60,246 nt of DNA from an uncultured bacterium (GTDB lineage: Bacteria; CAYUVA01). Positions within the stretch are counted from its first letter, which is position 1. Each line of letters starts with the position of its first letter. Positions 1 to 9,184 of this stretch are shown piece after piece. The stretch lies in NCBI GenBank assembly GCA_964448115.1, contig CAYUVA010000026.1:1-60246 (forward strand), read 5' to 3'. A model generated the notes under the pieces. That model was not told the DNA's origin and did no database searches. It saw nothing but the letters and a program-made list of their open reading frames with translations. Both the position numbers and the translations under genes were made by a program.

Positions 1-1127
1 TTAAAGCGAATAATAGATTATATATATATCTTTTTTTTCTCTGTAGTGGTATAATGATATATATTTCTCTTATAGGGTTATGGATATTTTGCGCTATTAT
101 ATTATCGTTATGTATAATTAAAAATCAATTTAAATTACCTTTATATAGTTATTTATTATGTGTTTTTTATTTTACTTTACCGCTAATAATAATCTTATAT
201 TATAATTTAATCACTGGAGAAACTCAGATGTTCATTCAGAGAATAATATCAAACTTCTCAAATATTGAAAATTATTTTACATATTTATCAAAATTAAGTA
301 CTGTAGTTATGATGATGTTAATTTGTTTTTCATCATCAACGGTATATGCTGATATTTGTAACTTTAAATATAATTTATTTAGCTTTAATATAATATCTAT
401 TATTATCTTTATGATAATTATAATGATATGCTTAAATAAGGTATTGCATTACCTTATAAAAAAGAATGGTGATAAAATTTACATGAATATAACTATATTT
501 CTTGTAACATATTTTATTTTTGTATTTTTATACGATAAGCCTGAGCATCACCATTTTTGGGCTATAACTCCTATTCTACCTTTTATTAAAATGCTTATAT
601 GGAAGGGTATATCGCGAAATAAAAAGAAAATAAAAATAATAATTATAGTTATTTTGGTAAGCGGGTTTTTTATCGATTATTCAAAAGTATTATCATTAAA
701 AAACATCAGATATTTTCCATTAAATCATAAAGCATATGGTATTATGGTTGATAAATTAATTACTGAAAATAAAAATAAACTTATAATATTTAGTGATCAA
801 GAAATAGGTAATATCGAATATTATTCAAAGTATAAAATAAAACCCATATATGTAGAGTTTTTTATATTAGGAGATGATAATATGCTAAATCAATTAACAA
901 CATTAATAAAAGCATTTCCTGATTATTATTATTTTATAACCAAAGTTCCTGAAAAAAATAAAAAATTACATTTTATGGAACTAGACTATTATCTAAGATT
1001 AAATAAAAATTTCCTAGAAGCATGTAAAAGAAACGGATTCGAGAAAGTTATTACCTGGGAGATGCCATGGAATGACCCCGATTTCTCATATAGAATATAC
1101 GAGTTGCGACCTATATCATATCCTTAA
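1..1127 (+). CDS. Polytopic membrane protein, 5'-partial, possibly a GT-C/ArnT-like glycosyltransferase; very AT-rich
   Basis: The frame of ORF 54..1127 is open back to position 3 (KANNRLYIYLFFLCSGIM...), so the gene runs off the window edge. It has many hydrophobic segments followed by a soluble C-terminal domain. The family is inferred from architecture only. Confidence 0.5.
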   Translation, partial: KANNRLYIYLFFLCSGIMIYISLIGLWIFCAIILSLCIIKNQFKLPLYSYLLCVFYFTLPLIIILYYNLITGETQMFIQRIISNFSNIENYFTYLSKLSTVVMMMLICFSSSTVYADICNFKYNLFSFNIISIIIFMIIIMICLNKVLHYLIKKNGDKIYMNITIFLVTYFIFVFLYDKPEHHHFWAITPILPFIKMLIWKGISRNKKKIKIIIIVILVSGFFIDYSKVLSLKNIRYFPLNHKAYGIMVDKLITENKNKLIIFSDQEIGNIEYYSKYKIKPIYVEFFILGDDNMLNQLTTLIKAFPDYYYFITKVPEKNKKLHFMELDYYLRLNKNFLEACKRNGFEKVITWEMPWNDPDFSYRIYELRPISYP

Positions 1128-1296
1128 AAAATCAAACCACATTTCGCTTTATGCATAACGGCTCAAACCTTAACCCTCCAGCCTCCTTTCATGGAACTTT
1201 TTTATAAATTCCAAGTTATAAAGCCCTAAAGTAGGATAAAATGGATTTTGAGGGCATGGAAAAGGCAAATCAAAACGATACTTGGAGAATTAGATT

Positions 1297-2247
1297 ATGA
1301 TCGAGGTGCAGAATCTGACCAAGAAATACGGTGAGACCATCGCGGTGGATAATATCAACTTCTCGGTCAACAAGGGAGAAATAGTCGGCTTTTTAGGTCC
1401 AAACGGGGCAGGAAAGACGACTACAATGCGGATTATCACCTGCTATCTCCCTTGCGATGCGGGAACAGCGAAGGTCGGTGGATTCGATATCCACCAGCAT
1501 CCCATCGAGGTTAGGCGGCGAATCGGATACCTTCCAGAAAACGCTCCCTTGTACAAGGATATGGGGGTTATCGAGTATCTAAGATTCATCGCTGAGATAA
1601 GGGGACTTGAAAGCACCCTAGCCAGGCAGCGAATGGACGAGATGATCGAGACCTGCGGACTTAAGGAGGTTCTGCATAAAGATGTCGGCGAGCTATCCAA
1701 GGGATATAGACAAAGGCTCGGGCTTGCCCAAACCCTGATCCACGATCCCCAGATATTGATCCTGGACGAGCCGACATCGGGCTTGGACCCCAACCAGATC
1801 ATCGAGATACGCAACCTGATCAAGAAGATCGGCAAGGAAAAGACGGTCATCTTGAGCACACACATCCTTCCCGAGGTATCAGCAACTTGTGATCGCACTA
1901 TAATCATCAACCGCGGCAAGATCACGGCGGAGGGAACTACCGAAGACCTGGCTGCAATGATAGAAGGAAAAGATATCTACTGGGTATGCATCAAGGGACA
2001 ACGCAACCAGGTCAAGGAATCGTTGCAGCAAATAAAGGGAGTTGAATCGGTAAAAATCACCGATGTCGATGAGAATGAGTATGTGAGATATCGACTCGAA
2101 TGCTCCCGAAATATGGATCTTGGCGAGGAAATATTCAAACTAGTGGTCGCAAATCAATGGATGATGAATGAGCTGTCCAAGGAACAGATATCCCTCGAGG
2201 AAGCCTTTGTCAAGCTCACCACCAGTGCCGAGTCACCAACCAGCTAA
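1297..2247 (+). CDS. ABC transporter ATP-binding protein (GldA-like)
   Basis: Walker A GPNGAGKTT, signature LSKGYRQR, Walker B ILILDEPT, STH switch; GGAG RBS upstream. Confidence 0.93.
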   Translation: MIEVQNLTKKYGETIAVDNINFSVNKGEIVGFLGPNGAGKTTTMRIITCYLPCDAGTAKVGGFDIHQHPIEVRRRIGYLPENAPLYKDMGVIEYLRFIAEIRGLESTLARQRMDEMIETCGLKEVLHKDVGELSKGYRQRLGLAQTLIHDPQILILDEPTSGLDPNQIIEIRNLIKKIGKEKTVILSTHILPEVSATCDRTIIINRGKITAEGTTEDLAAMIEGKDIYWVCIKGQRNQVKESLQQIKGVESVKITDVDENEYVRYRLECSRNMDLGEEIFKLVVANQWMMNELSKEQISLEEAFVKLTTSAESPTS

Positions 2248-2254
2248 GGAGGCA

Positions 2255-3028
2255 ATGATGGATATACAAAGCAAATCATCAAGCCAGTTAACTCTCAAGC
2301 CGGTCTCAAGCTGGCATAATATAAAGGTTATCTTCAAGCGTGAGTTTAAGAGTTACTTCAATTCGCCCATCGCTTATATCTTCATTATCGCTTTTTTAGT
2401 TACCGCCAATTGGCTCTTCTTCAAGCCGTTTTTCCTGATTAACCAGGCATCTATGCGCCAGTTCTTCCTCAATCTGCCCTGGCTTTTCTTGTTCTTTGTG
2501 CCAGCCATAACCATGCGGATGTGGTCCGAGGAGATGAAGCTAGGCACTCTGGAGATGCTTATGACCCAACCTGTTCGAGACTCTGAGATAGTCATCGGCA
2601 AGTTTTTGGGGAGCTTTGCGCTGTTGAGCACCACCATCGCGCTCACCTTGACCATCCCGATGACCGTCTCCTGGCTGGGTAACCCGGATCCGGGACCGAT
2701 AATTGGAGGCTACCTGGGAGCAATATTGATGGGAGCTGCCTACATCGCCATCGGTCTATTCGTATCCAGCATGACCGAGAATCAGATCGTGGCTTTTATT
2801 ATTGCCATAACATTGATATTTGGGCTACTAATAATCGGCGAGGACTTCGTGCTCATGGCTTTGCCTATCTGGATAGCGCCATTTTGCGATTATATTAGCC
2901 TGGGCACCCACTTCGATAGCATAGGCAGGGGAGTAATCGATACCAGGGATTTGGTTTACTATGCTTCGGTTATCGGTTTATTCCTGTGGCTCAACTTGAG
3001 AACCTTAGCCTCCAGGAGATGGAGCTGA
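2255..3028 (+). CDS. ABC-2 type permease (GldF-like)
   Basis: KREFKSYFNSPIAY, PAITMRMWSEE..GTLEML, ENQIVAF and RGVIDTRD motifs. The AGGAGG RBS favours ATG at 2255 or 2258 over 2168. Confidence 0.9.
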   Translation: MMDIQSKSSSQLTLKPVSSWHNIKVIFKREFKSYFNSPIAYIFIIAFLVTANWLFFKPFFLINQASMRQFFLNLPWLFLFFVPAITMRMWSEEMKLGTLEMLMTQPVRDSEIVIGKFLGSFALLSTTIALTLTIPMTVSWLGNPDPGPIIGGYLGAILMGAAYIAIGLFVSSMTENQIVAFIIAITLIFGLLIIGEDFVLMALPIWIAPFCDYISLGTHFDSIGRGVIDTRDLVYYASVIGLFLWLNLRTLASRRWS

Positions 3029-3048
3029 TTCAAGGAGGGTATCAATAG

Positions 3049-4703
3049 ATGAGCGATAATTCATCAAATCGTGTAAATAAGGGGCTTAGTTGGGGAGTCG
3101 ATTCTGCAATATCCATTGCATTAGTCATCGGCATCGTCTTCTTGATCAATGTCATCGCCTCGCGCCTGTTTGCTCGCTGGGATCTGACCGAGGCTAAGAT
3201 ATACACCATATCGGATGCTTCCAAGGAGATAGTAGGTAGGATGGATGATATCGTAAATATCAAGTGCTATTTCTCGGAGAAGCTTCCTCCACAGGTGATG
3301 AACATAAAGGAGCAGATTCGCGACCTTCTCGATGNNNNNNNNNNAAGGCATACTCGCATGGCAACCTGCGTGTAAAGTGGATAGATCCGGACAAGCTAGA
3401 AGAAAAGGATAAGCAGACGCTCAAATTCATGGGCATCCCGCAGATCCCGTTGCAGGTGATAGAAAAGGATAAGCGCCAGGTGATGAAGGCTTATATGGGT
3501 ATAGCGATAAATTACGGAGACAGGAAAGAGGTGCTTCCCCTGGTGGCACGCATCGATACATTGGAGTACGATATCTCCTCGGCAATACTCAAGGTTTTAA
3601 TGAAACAGCCTAAGACCATCGGTATCCTGCAGGGCAAAGAGGCAAGGGACTTTTGGGATATGGAGGAATGCGGGTTCATCCGCGAGGAGATGGAAAAGGT
3701 CTATAATGTGCGCAAGATCGATCTCGATACGGAGCGCCCCATTCCACAAGATATCTCCACGCTACTGTTGCCTGCACCCAAGGAGCTGACCGAAAAGCAG
3801 CTTTATTATATAGATCAATTCATCATGAAAGGTGGCGAGGTCATCTTCCTGGTCGATACCATGCGTCTTAAAAAGGGAACCCTGCAACCACAGGATTATG
3901 ACACCGGGCTGCTAGCCATGCTCGAACACTACGGCGCCAGGGTCAATAACGACCTGATTAAGGAGTATGACCGGCGAGCGATGTCAATGGCTTCCTTCTC
4001 AACCGGTCGTTTCATGAGCTACACGGTGCCTTATGGTTTCTGGCTCAAGGCGTCTCGTGGATTATTCAATGACGAGATCCCGGCGGTCAGCCAACTGGAA
4101 TCGCTGGTATTCCCCTGGACGAGCAGCATAGAGGCGGTCGAACAACTGCCCGAGGGTGTAGAGGCTGTGGAGCTGGTTAAAACCTCACCCCATGCGGTAA
4201 CCGTAACCTCGCCATACAATTTGACACCCACCATGGGCGGCGATAATCAGGATAGGAACAAAATGGGTGAATACACCACCGCTTTGTTGCTGAAGGGAAA
4301 ATTTCAAAGCTACTTCAAGGACAAGGAATTACCCATCAAGCAGGACGATCAGGATAAAAGCAAGACCGAATTTCTAGCTCAAGCCAATGAGCCATCGAAG
4401 CTCGTAATAATCGGTAACTCACGGTTCATCACCTTGAACCAGGCTCAAAGGCACCAGGAAAACATCCCCTTTTTCCTTAATATCATCGATTATGTAACCA
4501 TGGGTGAGGATCTTATCGGTATCCGCTCTCGCGGCTTCACCGACAAGCCCCTCGAGGAGGTTTCGGAGGCGAAACGAGGCACGATCAAGTTTCTCAATAA
4601 CTTTGGCGTAGCCATCCTGGTGGTTGTATTCGGGCTTGGCAGGCACTATGTAAAAAGAAGAAGGAAGGCTTATGCCGAGATTATGCTAAGAGGAGCTAAA
4701 TAG
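3049..4703 (+). CDS. GldG-like ABC auxiliary component (one gene, split only by an assembly gap)
   Basis: N-part RWDLTEAKIYTIS (3049 frame) and C-part LEYDISSAI / YIDQFIMKGG / LIGIRSR (3264 frame) join across the Ns at 3335-3344. N- and C-terminal TM helices. Confidence 0.85.
3335..3344. other. Assembly gap (10 N)
   Basis: Run of 10 n characters in the sequence. Confidence 1.
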
Positions 4704-4721
4704 ATAAGACGGGGGTATCTC

Positions 4722-5825
4722 ATGATGAAACGAAACCTTATTCTGTTGGTAATATTCATTATCCTGGCTAGCATTGTTTACTTCATGGAATTTGCACCGC
4801 AACCCAAACGGGCTGCTGTCGAGGAGACGAACTTCTTTGTTGGGTTCAATAGCGACAAGGTGGCTCGCATAGAGATAAAAAGCCTTTTCAGAACCAACAT
4901 CCTTCAAAGGGATGGAGACAAGTGGCTAGTTGGCGAGGAGAGCAACCTTCCTACCCAAAAAGAGGAGGAAGGTGATAAGGCAGATACCGAGCCGACCCCG
5001 ACACCTACCCCAGAGATGTTCCTGGCTGATATTGAGCAAGTGGAGAAGCTCCTTGATACGGTAGCAGAGCTACCAAAGGGGGAGCTTGTATCCAAGAATA
5101 GGGATAAACACCAGCAATTCGAGCTTACCGGCTTCAAGGGCACGGAAGTAATCCTGTACGATGAGCATGAAAAGCCGCTGGCGCACTTCAATATCGGCAA
5201 GAACGGTCCCGATTTCCTGAGCACCTATGTAAAAAAGGCTGGTAGCGATAATGTTTACCTGGTTCAGGGCTATATAAAGCATATCTTCGATAAGGGTGGA
5301 TTGGATGGCTGGCGCGATAAGACCATCTTCGATTTCGATCAGGCGAAGCTGGCTAGCCTGACCATCGAGGATTACATCATACCAACTCCACCCCCAAAGG
5401 ATGAGAAAAAGGGAGAAAAGAAGCCCCCCAAGCTCTCCGATAAGCCAGTGAACACAACCACGATAATACGCCAGAACGATAGCTGGAGTATCGCCGAGCA
5501 AGCTGACTTGAACCTCGATATTGCAAAGATCGAGCAGACGGTGAAGACCCTTGCCAGCCTGAAAGCGCAGGGATTTGCCCGCAAGCCAGATGCGGAGCAT
5601 TATGATTTCTCCAAACCACAATATGTCTTCATCGCACAAATGGATGATGGCACCGAGCATCGATTGCTGGTCGGGGGCGATCGCAGGGGGTACCAGTTCT
5701 TCGTAAAAAAACAGGGCGACGAGCAGATCCTGACCATAAATAAGCATGTCATGGAGCAGCTCACCCGCAAGGCTGAGGATTATGTCCTCGCTAGCGCTGG
5801 TGAGCCTGCATCAAAGCCAGAGTAA
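4722..5825 (+). CDS. DUF4340-like membrane-anchored protein
   Basis: N-terminal TM helix, two similar domains, WRDKTIFDF motif, usual position after gldA/F/G-like genes; contains a PTPTPTP linker. Confidence 0.75.
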   Translation: MMKRNLILLVIFIILASIVYFMEFAPQPKRAAVEETNFFVGFNSDKVARIEIKSLFRTNILQRDGDKWLVGEESNLPTQKEEEGDKADTEPTPTPTPEMFLADIEQVEKLLDTVAELPKGELVSKNRDKHQQFELTGFKGTEVILYDEHEKPLAHFNIGKNGPDFLSTYVKKAGSDNVYLVQGYIKHIFDKGGLDGWRDKTIFDFDQAKLASLTIEDYIIPTPPPKDEKKGEKKPPKLSDKPVNTTTIIRQNDSWSIAEQADLNLDIAKIEQTVKTLASLKAQGFARKPDAEHYDFSKPQYVFIAQMDDGTEHRLLVGGDRRGYQFFVKKQGDEQILTINKHVMEQLTRKAEDYVLASAGEPASKPE

Positions 5826-8316
5826 ACGACACTAATATAAATACCCAAGATAAAAGGCTTAAGTATAAGCCGAGCATGAAGGTCATCGGTTGATATCGAT
5901 GCTCTATCAGATGCTCGCCAGGGGGGACAATCATACCCTGAAATGCGCCCTGTGCAATAAAAACAGGGGCTTTTTTGCCATCTACATAAGCGTTCCAACC
6001 CTCGAAGCTGCAAACGCTTATGAGCAGTCCAAAAGGCTTATCCGCATCTGATTCGAGCAGGCTGCCATGTGCCAAGTGCTGTAATAACCGTATGGTAGGC
6101 TGGCGACTGGCGGTTGGAGGCTTAGGATCCAGGGCTTTATCATAAACCTTTTCCAGCGCTGAATGGTGCCGGATTGGAGCTAGATATAAAACCTTCTTCG
6201 CAGCATGAGGCTCAACTTTGATGATATCAAGTGCCTCAGCTTGTGAGGAGATGAAATCATAAGCTCCATAAGGCTTGAAACGCTCAAAATAATCGATGTT
6301 CAGGTAGATCTTCACCTCGCCGTCGAACACCAGCCTGTACCCGGGGAGGCTCATAGGCGCAAAATTCGGCGGATGCAACACATACTTACAGTTTATTACA
6401 TCGACAAGCGGCGAGTTAAAGGCATTAAGCGTGATCTGCCGAAGGGCAGGAAGCAGCTTGGGATCCAGCAGTGATGGGTCAACCAGAGCCAGGTATTGCT
6501 CCTGCCAGTACGGCGTTAACGCATCATTCCCCCGCACATCCTCGATGCCGTAAAGCATGGTAAGGTGCGGTGGATAGACGAAGTGCAGGGGGAATATACG
6601 AAACGGCTCTGGATCTGCCACCAGGAATTGAGCCGAGGCGGGTGTCTTGGAGAGCAATCGAGCATCGCAATAAGGGTTTAGCCTTTCTCCGAAAATGTAT
6701 AGATCGCCAAACACGACCAGGAGCAGTAATATTATTATTACAGGCTTGAAGAAAGATTTATCTTTGGATCTTATGATAACCGTGGCTGTTAATAAAAGGA
6801 GCGTTAGCATGAAAAAGGCTGCCGATATATATATATGCTGTTGAATATAGTCCACCATTCGATTAGAGATGCCTTGTGCGGAGTATCGATGAAATAACCT
6901 TAGCACATAAAGGTAAGCTCCAATAAAAATTGCGCCTACAATGAGCAACCTCGATAGCCAGCTTATCGATCTATGTCTGTAGCTGAGCGCATGATCCATC
7001 CCGTAAGCAGCCAAGACGATCAATGCAAAGCCAGCAGTAAGCCCCATCCTGAAGTTGTATGACATGCGGTAAAGGGAGATGGACTGGGTTACCTGGAAAG
7101 CTCCCGGCAACCCGAATACTATAGCAATGGAAACCGCCAATACAGCTATGATGGCAGGTTTGTTTTTCTTGCCCGGCTGATTCAGGATGCCCCATGATGC
7201 GAATACGAGCACCGCGATCCCTACATATAGACTCCCTATCTCCAGGGAATTGAACTCGGCATAATAAAAATTGCCATCAGCATCGCTGCCAAAGAACTTA
7301 GGTACCAGGTATGCCACAGCCAGCTCCAGCGGAAAATACTTCCAGGTAACCACCGCCTCGCTTCTCACCATGTATGCGGTGCTCTTATAAAGGTATTCAA
7401 GGAAAGGCAAAACCTGTAATGATGATAATAAAGCTCCTGTGATAACAGAACCAACAAACAAAATTAGCTTTTGGGGAATTTCCCCAATTATGCCAGCCCT
7501 GTCGGCGTTGAATAAACCTTGAAAGATAACATACACAAACAGGGCAGTAATTATGTGCATGGTGGTCTCTGCATGACCAATAACGATATTTAGGGCAACA
7601 GCTAATGACAATAATAAAGAAGAGAGCAACCTTCCCCTGATGATGAGTTTATCACCTAAGAGAAACAAAAGCGGGGTATAACAAGCTACCTTGCTGTGGG
7701 GATGCCCCAGCCATAGTATCAAGAATCCACTATAGCACCAGGCAAGTGAGGATATGCTAGAAGCCGCAAAGCTGATGCCCCAATATCGACAGAAGACAAA
7801 CATGAATATGCCAGCTAGAAATGTGTGTATAAAAGCGCTTAGATTGGGCATTAGAAGATCGTCGAAGCAAAATAGGAGCCAATTAAGGGGATAGAATATT
7901 CCGCTTTGCAAAACACCTACAAAAGGGCTGCCGCAGAAATTGTAGGGATTCCATAGTGGGATGATCCCGCTGCTTAAGCTCTTGGCTGCAAAGTGTCGCC
8001 AGGGAAGAAACTCCAAAACCTCGTCGAACAAGATAAGGTTGATCTCCTGCCCCGGCAAAGGTTGCTGATGATAGCGCCAGGGATAATAGACCTTAAGGAT
8101 ATCGAGCGGCAAGATAACCTTGTCTGAGATAATAGCCTGGTGAAAAAAGATCAATTCAGAGATTATAATAATTATGGCGATGGCTAGAAGTTCGCGAAAA
8201 CTAGTGCCGTTGGCTCTAGGAGGCATACTCTCCTTTGAAGTTATTGAGTCAACCATGCGGTCATTTTCAGCTTGTGCCATTTTATGAAGTTTACAGCCTA
8301 AGTGGGAGTGGATCAA
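5791..8316 (-). CDS. YfhO-family membrane glycosyltransferase (GT-C)
   Basis: IIPLWNPYNFCGSPF...FYPLN near the N-terminus, GWNAYVDGK...VPPGEHLIEHRYQP near the C-terminus, many TMs. The true start may be downstream (e.g. 8226). Confidence 0.8.
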   Translation of the reverse strand: MIHSHLGCKLHKMAQAENDRMVDSITSKESMPPRANGTSFRELLAIAIIIIISELIFFHQAIISDKVILPLDILKVYYPWRYHQQPLPGQEINLILFDEVLEFLPWRHFAAKSLSSGIIPLWNPYNFCGSPFVGVLQSGIFYPLNWLLFCFDDLLMPNLSAFIHTFLAGIFMFVFCRYWGISFAASSISSLAWCYSGFLILWLGHPHSKVACYTPLLFLLGDKLIIRGRLLSSLLLSLAVALNIVIGHAETTMHIITALFVYVIFQGLFNADRAGIIGEIPQKLILFVGSVITGALLSSLQVLPFLEYLYKSTAYMVRSEAVVTWKYFPLELAVAYLVPKFFGSDADGNFYYAEFNSLEIGSLYVGIAVLVFASWGILNQPGKKNKPAIIAVLAVSIAIVFGLPGAFQVTQSISLYRMSYNFRMGLTAGFALIVLAAYGMDHALSYRHRSISWLSRLLIVGAIFIGAYLYVLRLFHRYSAQGISNRMVDYIQQHIYISAAFFMLTLLLLTATVIIRSKDKSFFKPVIIILLLLVVFGDLYIFGERLNPYCDARLLSKTPASAQFLVADPEPFRIFPLHFVYPPHLTMLYGIEDVRGNDALTPYWQEQYLALVDPSLLDPKLLPALRQITLNAFNSPLVDVINCKYVLHPPNFAPMSLPGYRLVFDGEVKIYLNIDYFERFKPYGAYDFISSQAEALDIIKVEPHAAKKVLYLAPIRHHSALEKVYDKALDPKPPTASRQPTIRLLQHLAHGSLLESDADKPFGLLISVCSFEGWNAYVDGKKAPVFIAQGAFQGMIVPPGEHLIEHRYQPMTFMLGLYLSLLSWVFILVSFTLALMQAHQR

Positions 8317-8426
8317 CGAATGTATAATTCAACATTTGGTTGCATCCTGAAATAGCATTTGATCTTAATTTCATTATTGCTATTATGCTATCTCGCCATG
8401 CAGATGATGCATTGCGTTATGGTATT

Positions 8427-9152
8427 ATGAAAGAGAATTTTATCATCGCCATTGACGGTCCTTCTGGCAGCGGCAAGAGCACGGTGGCAAGGCTGCTTGC
8501 CCAGCGGCTGGGCATAACCTATCTGGATACCGGCGCCATGTATAGAGCAGCAGCCCTATACTACAAGCGGTTGGGGATCAGCCTCGATGATGAGGATAAC
8601 ATAAAAGAAAGGCTGGATGATCTAAAGATCAGTTTCCAGTTCAGCAATGATGGCGGCAAAATACTGCTTTGCAAGGAGGATGTAACCGAAGCGATACGGA
8701 GTCCAGAGATGGGAAAAGCAGCCTCGGATATATCGAAGCTGCCATCAGTGCGAAAAAGGCTCGTTGAGCTGCAAAGAAAAATAGGAGAAAAAAGGAGCCT
8801 GGTCGCCGAGGGAAGAGATATCGGTAGCTGCGTGTTCCCTGACGCTCCCTTCAAATTTTTCCTTGACGCAGATCCAAAGATTAGAGCCAAACGAAGATAT
8901 GATGAGCTTAGACAAAAGGGCTTCGGGGTGAACCTTAAGGATATATACAACCAGCAAACGCAAAGAGACCAAAACGATGCAACCAGAGAGCACTCTCCAT
9001 TGATCAAGATGCCAGATGCAGTTACCATAGATTCTTCTGAAATGACCATAGATGAGGTGGTTGAAAAAATGTTGGACATTATTAAAAATGTCCTGTATAA
9101 TGCAAAGGTTGATTACATGAAATCGAGTAAGCCAGGGAACACAAGCCCCTGA
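8427..9152 (+). CDS. cmk: Cytidylate kinase
   Basis: IAIDGPSGSGKST, YLDTGAMYR, VAEGRDIG; lies upstream of rpsA. Confidence 0.96.
   Translation: MKENFIIAIDGPSGSGKSTVARLLAQRLGITYLDTGAMYRAAALYYKRLGISLDDEDNIKERLDDLKISFQFSNDGGKILLCKEDVTEAIRSPEMGKAASDISKLPSVRKRLVELQRKIGEKRSLVAEGRDIGSCVFPDAPFKFFLDADPKIRAKRRYDELRQKGFGVNLKDIYNQQTQRDQNDATREHSPLIKMPDAVTIDSSEMTIDEVVEKMLDIIKNVLYNAKVDYMKSSKPGNTSP
9073..9101 (+). promoter_or_regulatory. Putative sigma70 promoter for rpsA inside the 3' end of cmk
   Basis: TGGACA-17 nt-TATAAT. Confidence 0.55.
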
Positions 9153-9184
9153 GCAAATAAATACCCGTAGGAGGTTTTAACAAG

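Noticed and set aside
3049-3375. Apparent frameshift or split of the GldG-like gene
   Set aside because: The break coincides with a 10-N placeholder. A true gap of 5 (or 5+3n) nt restores LLD-E-x-KAY in one frame, so it is an assembly artefact.
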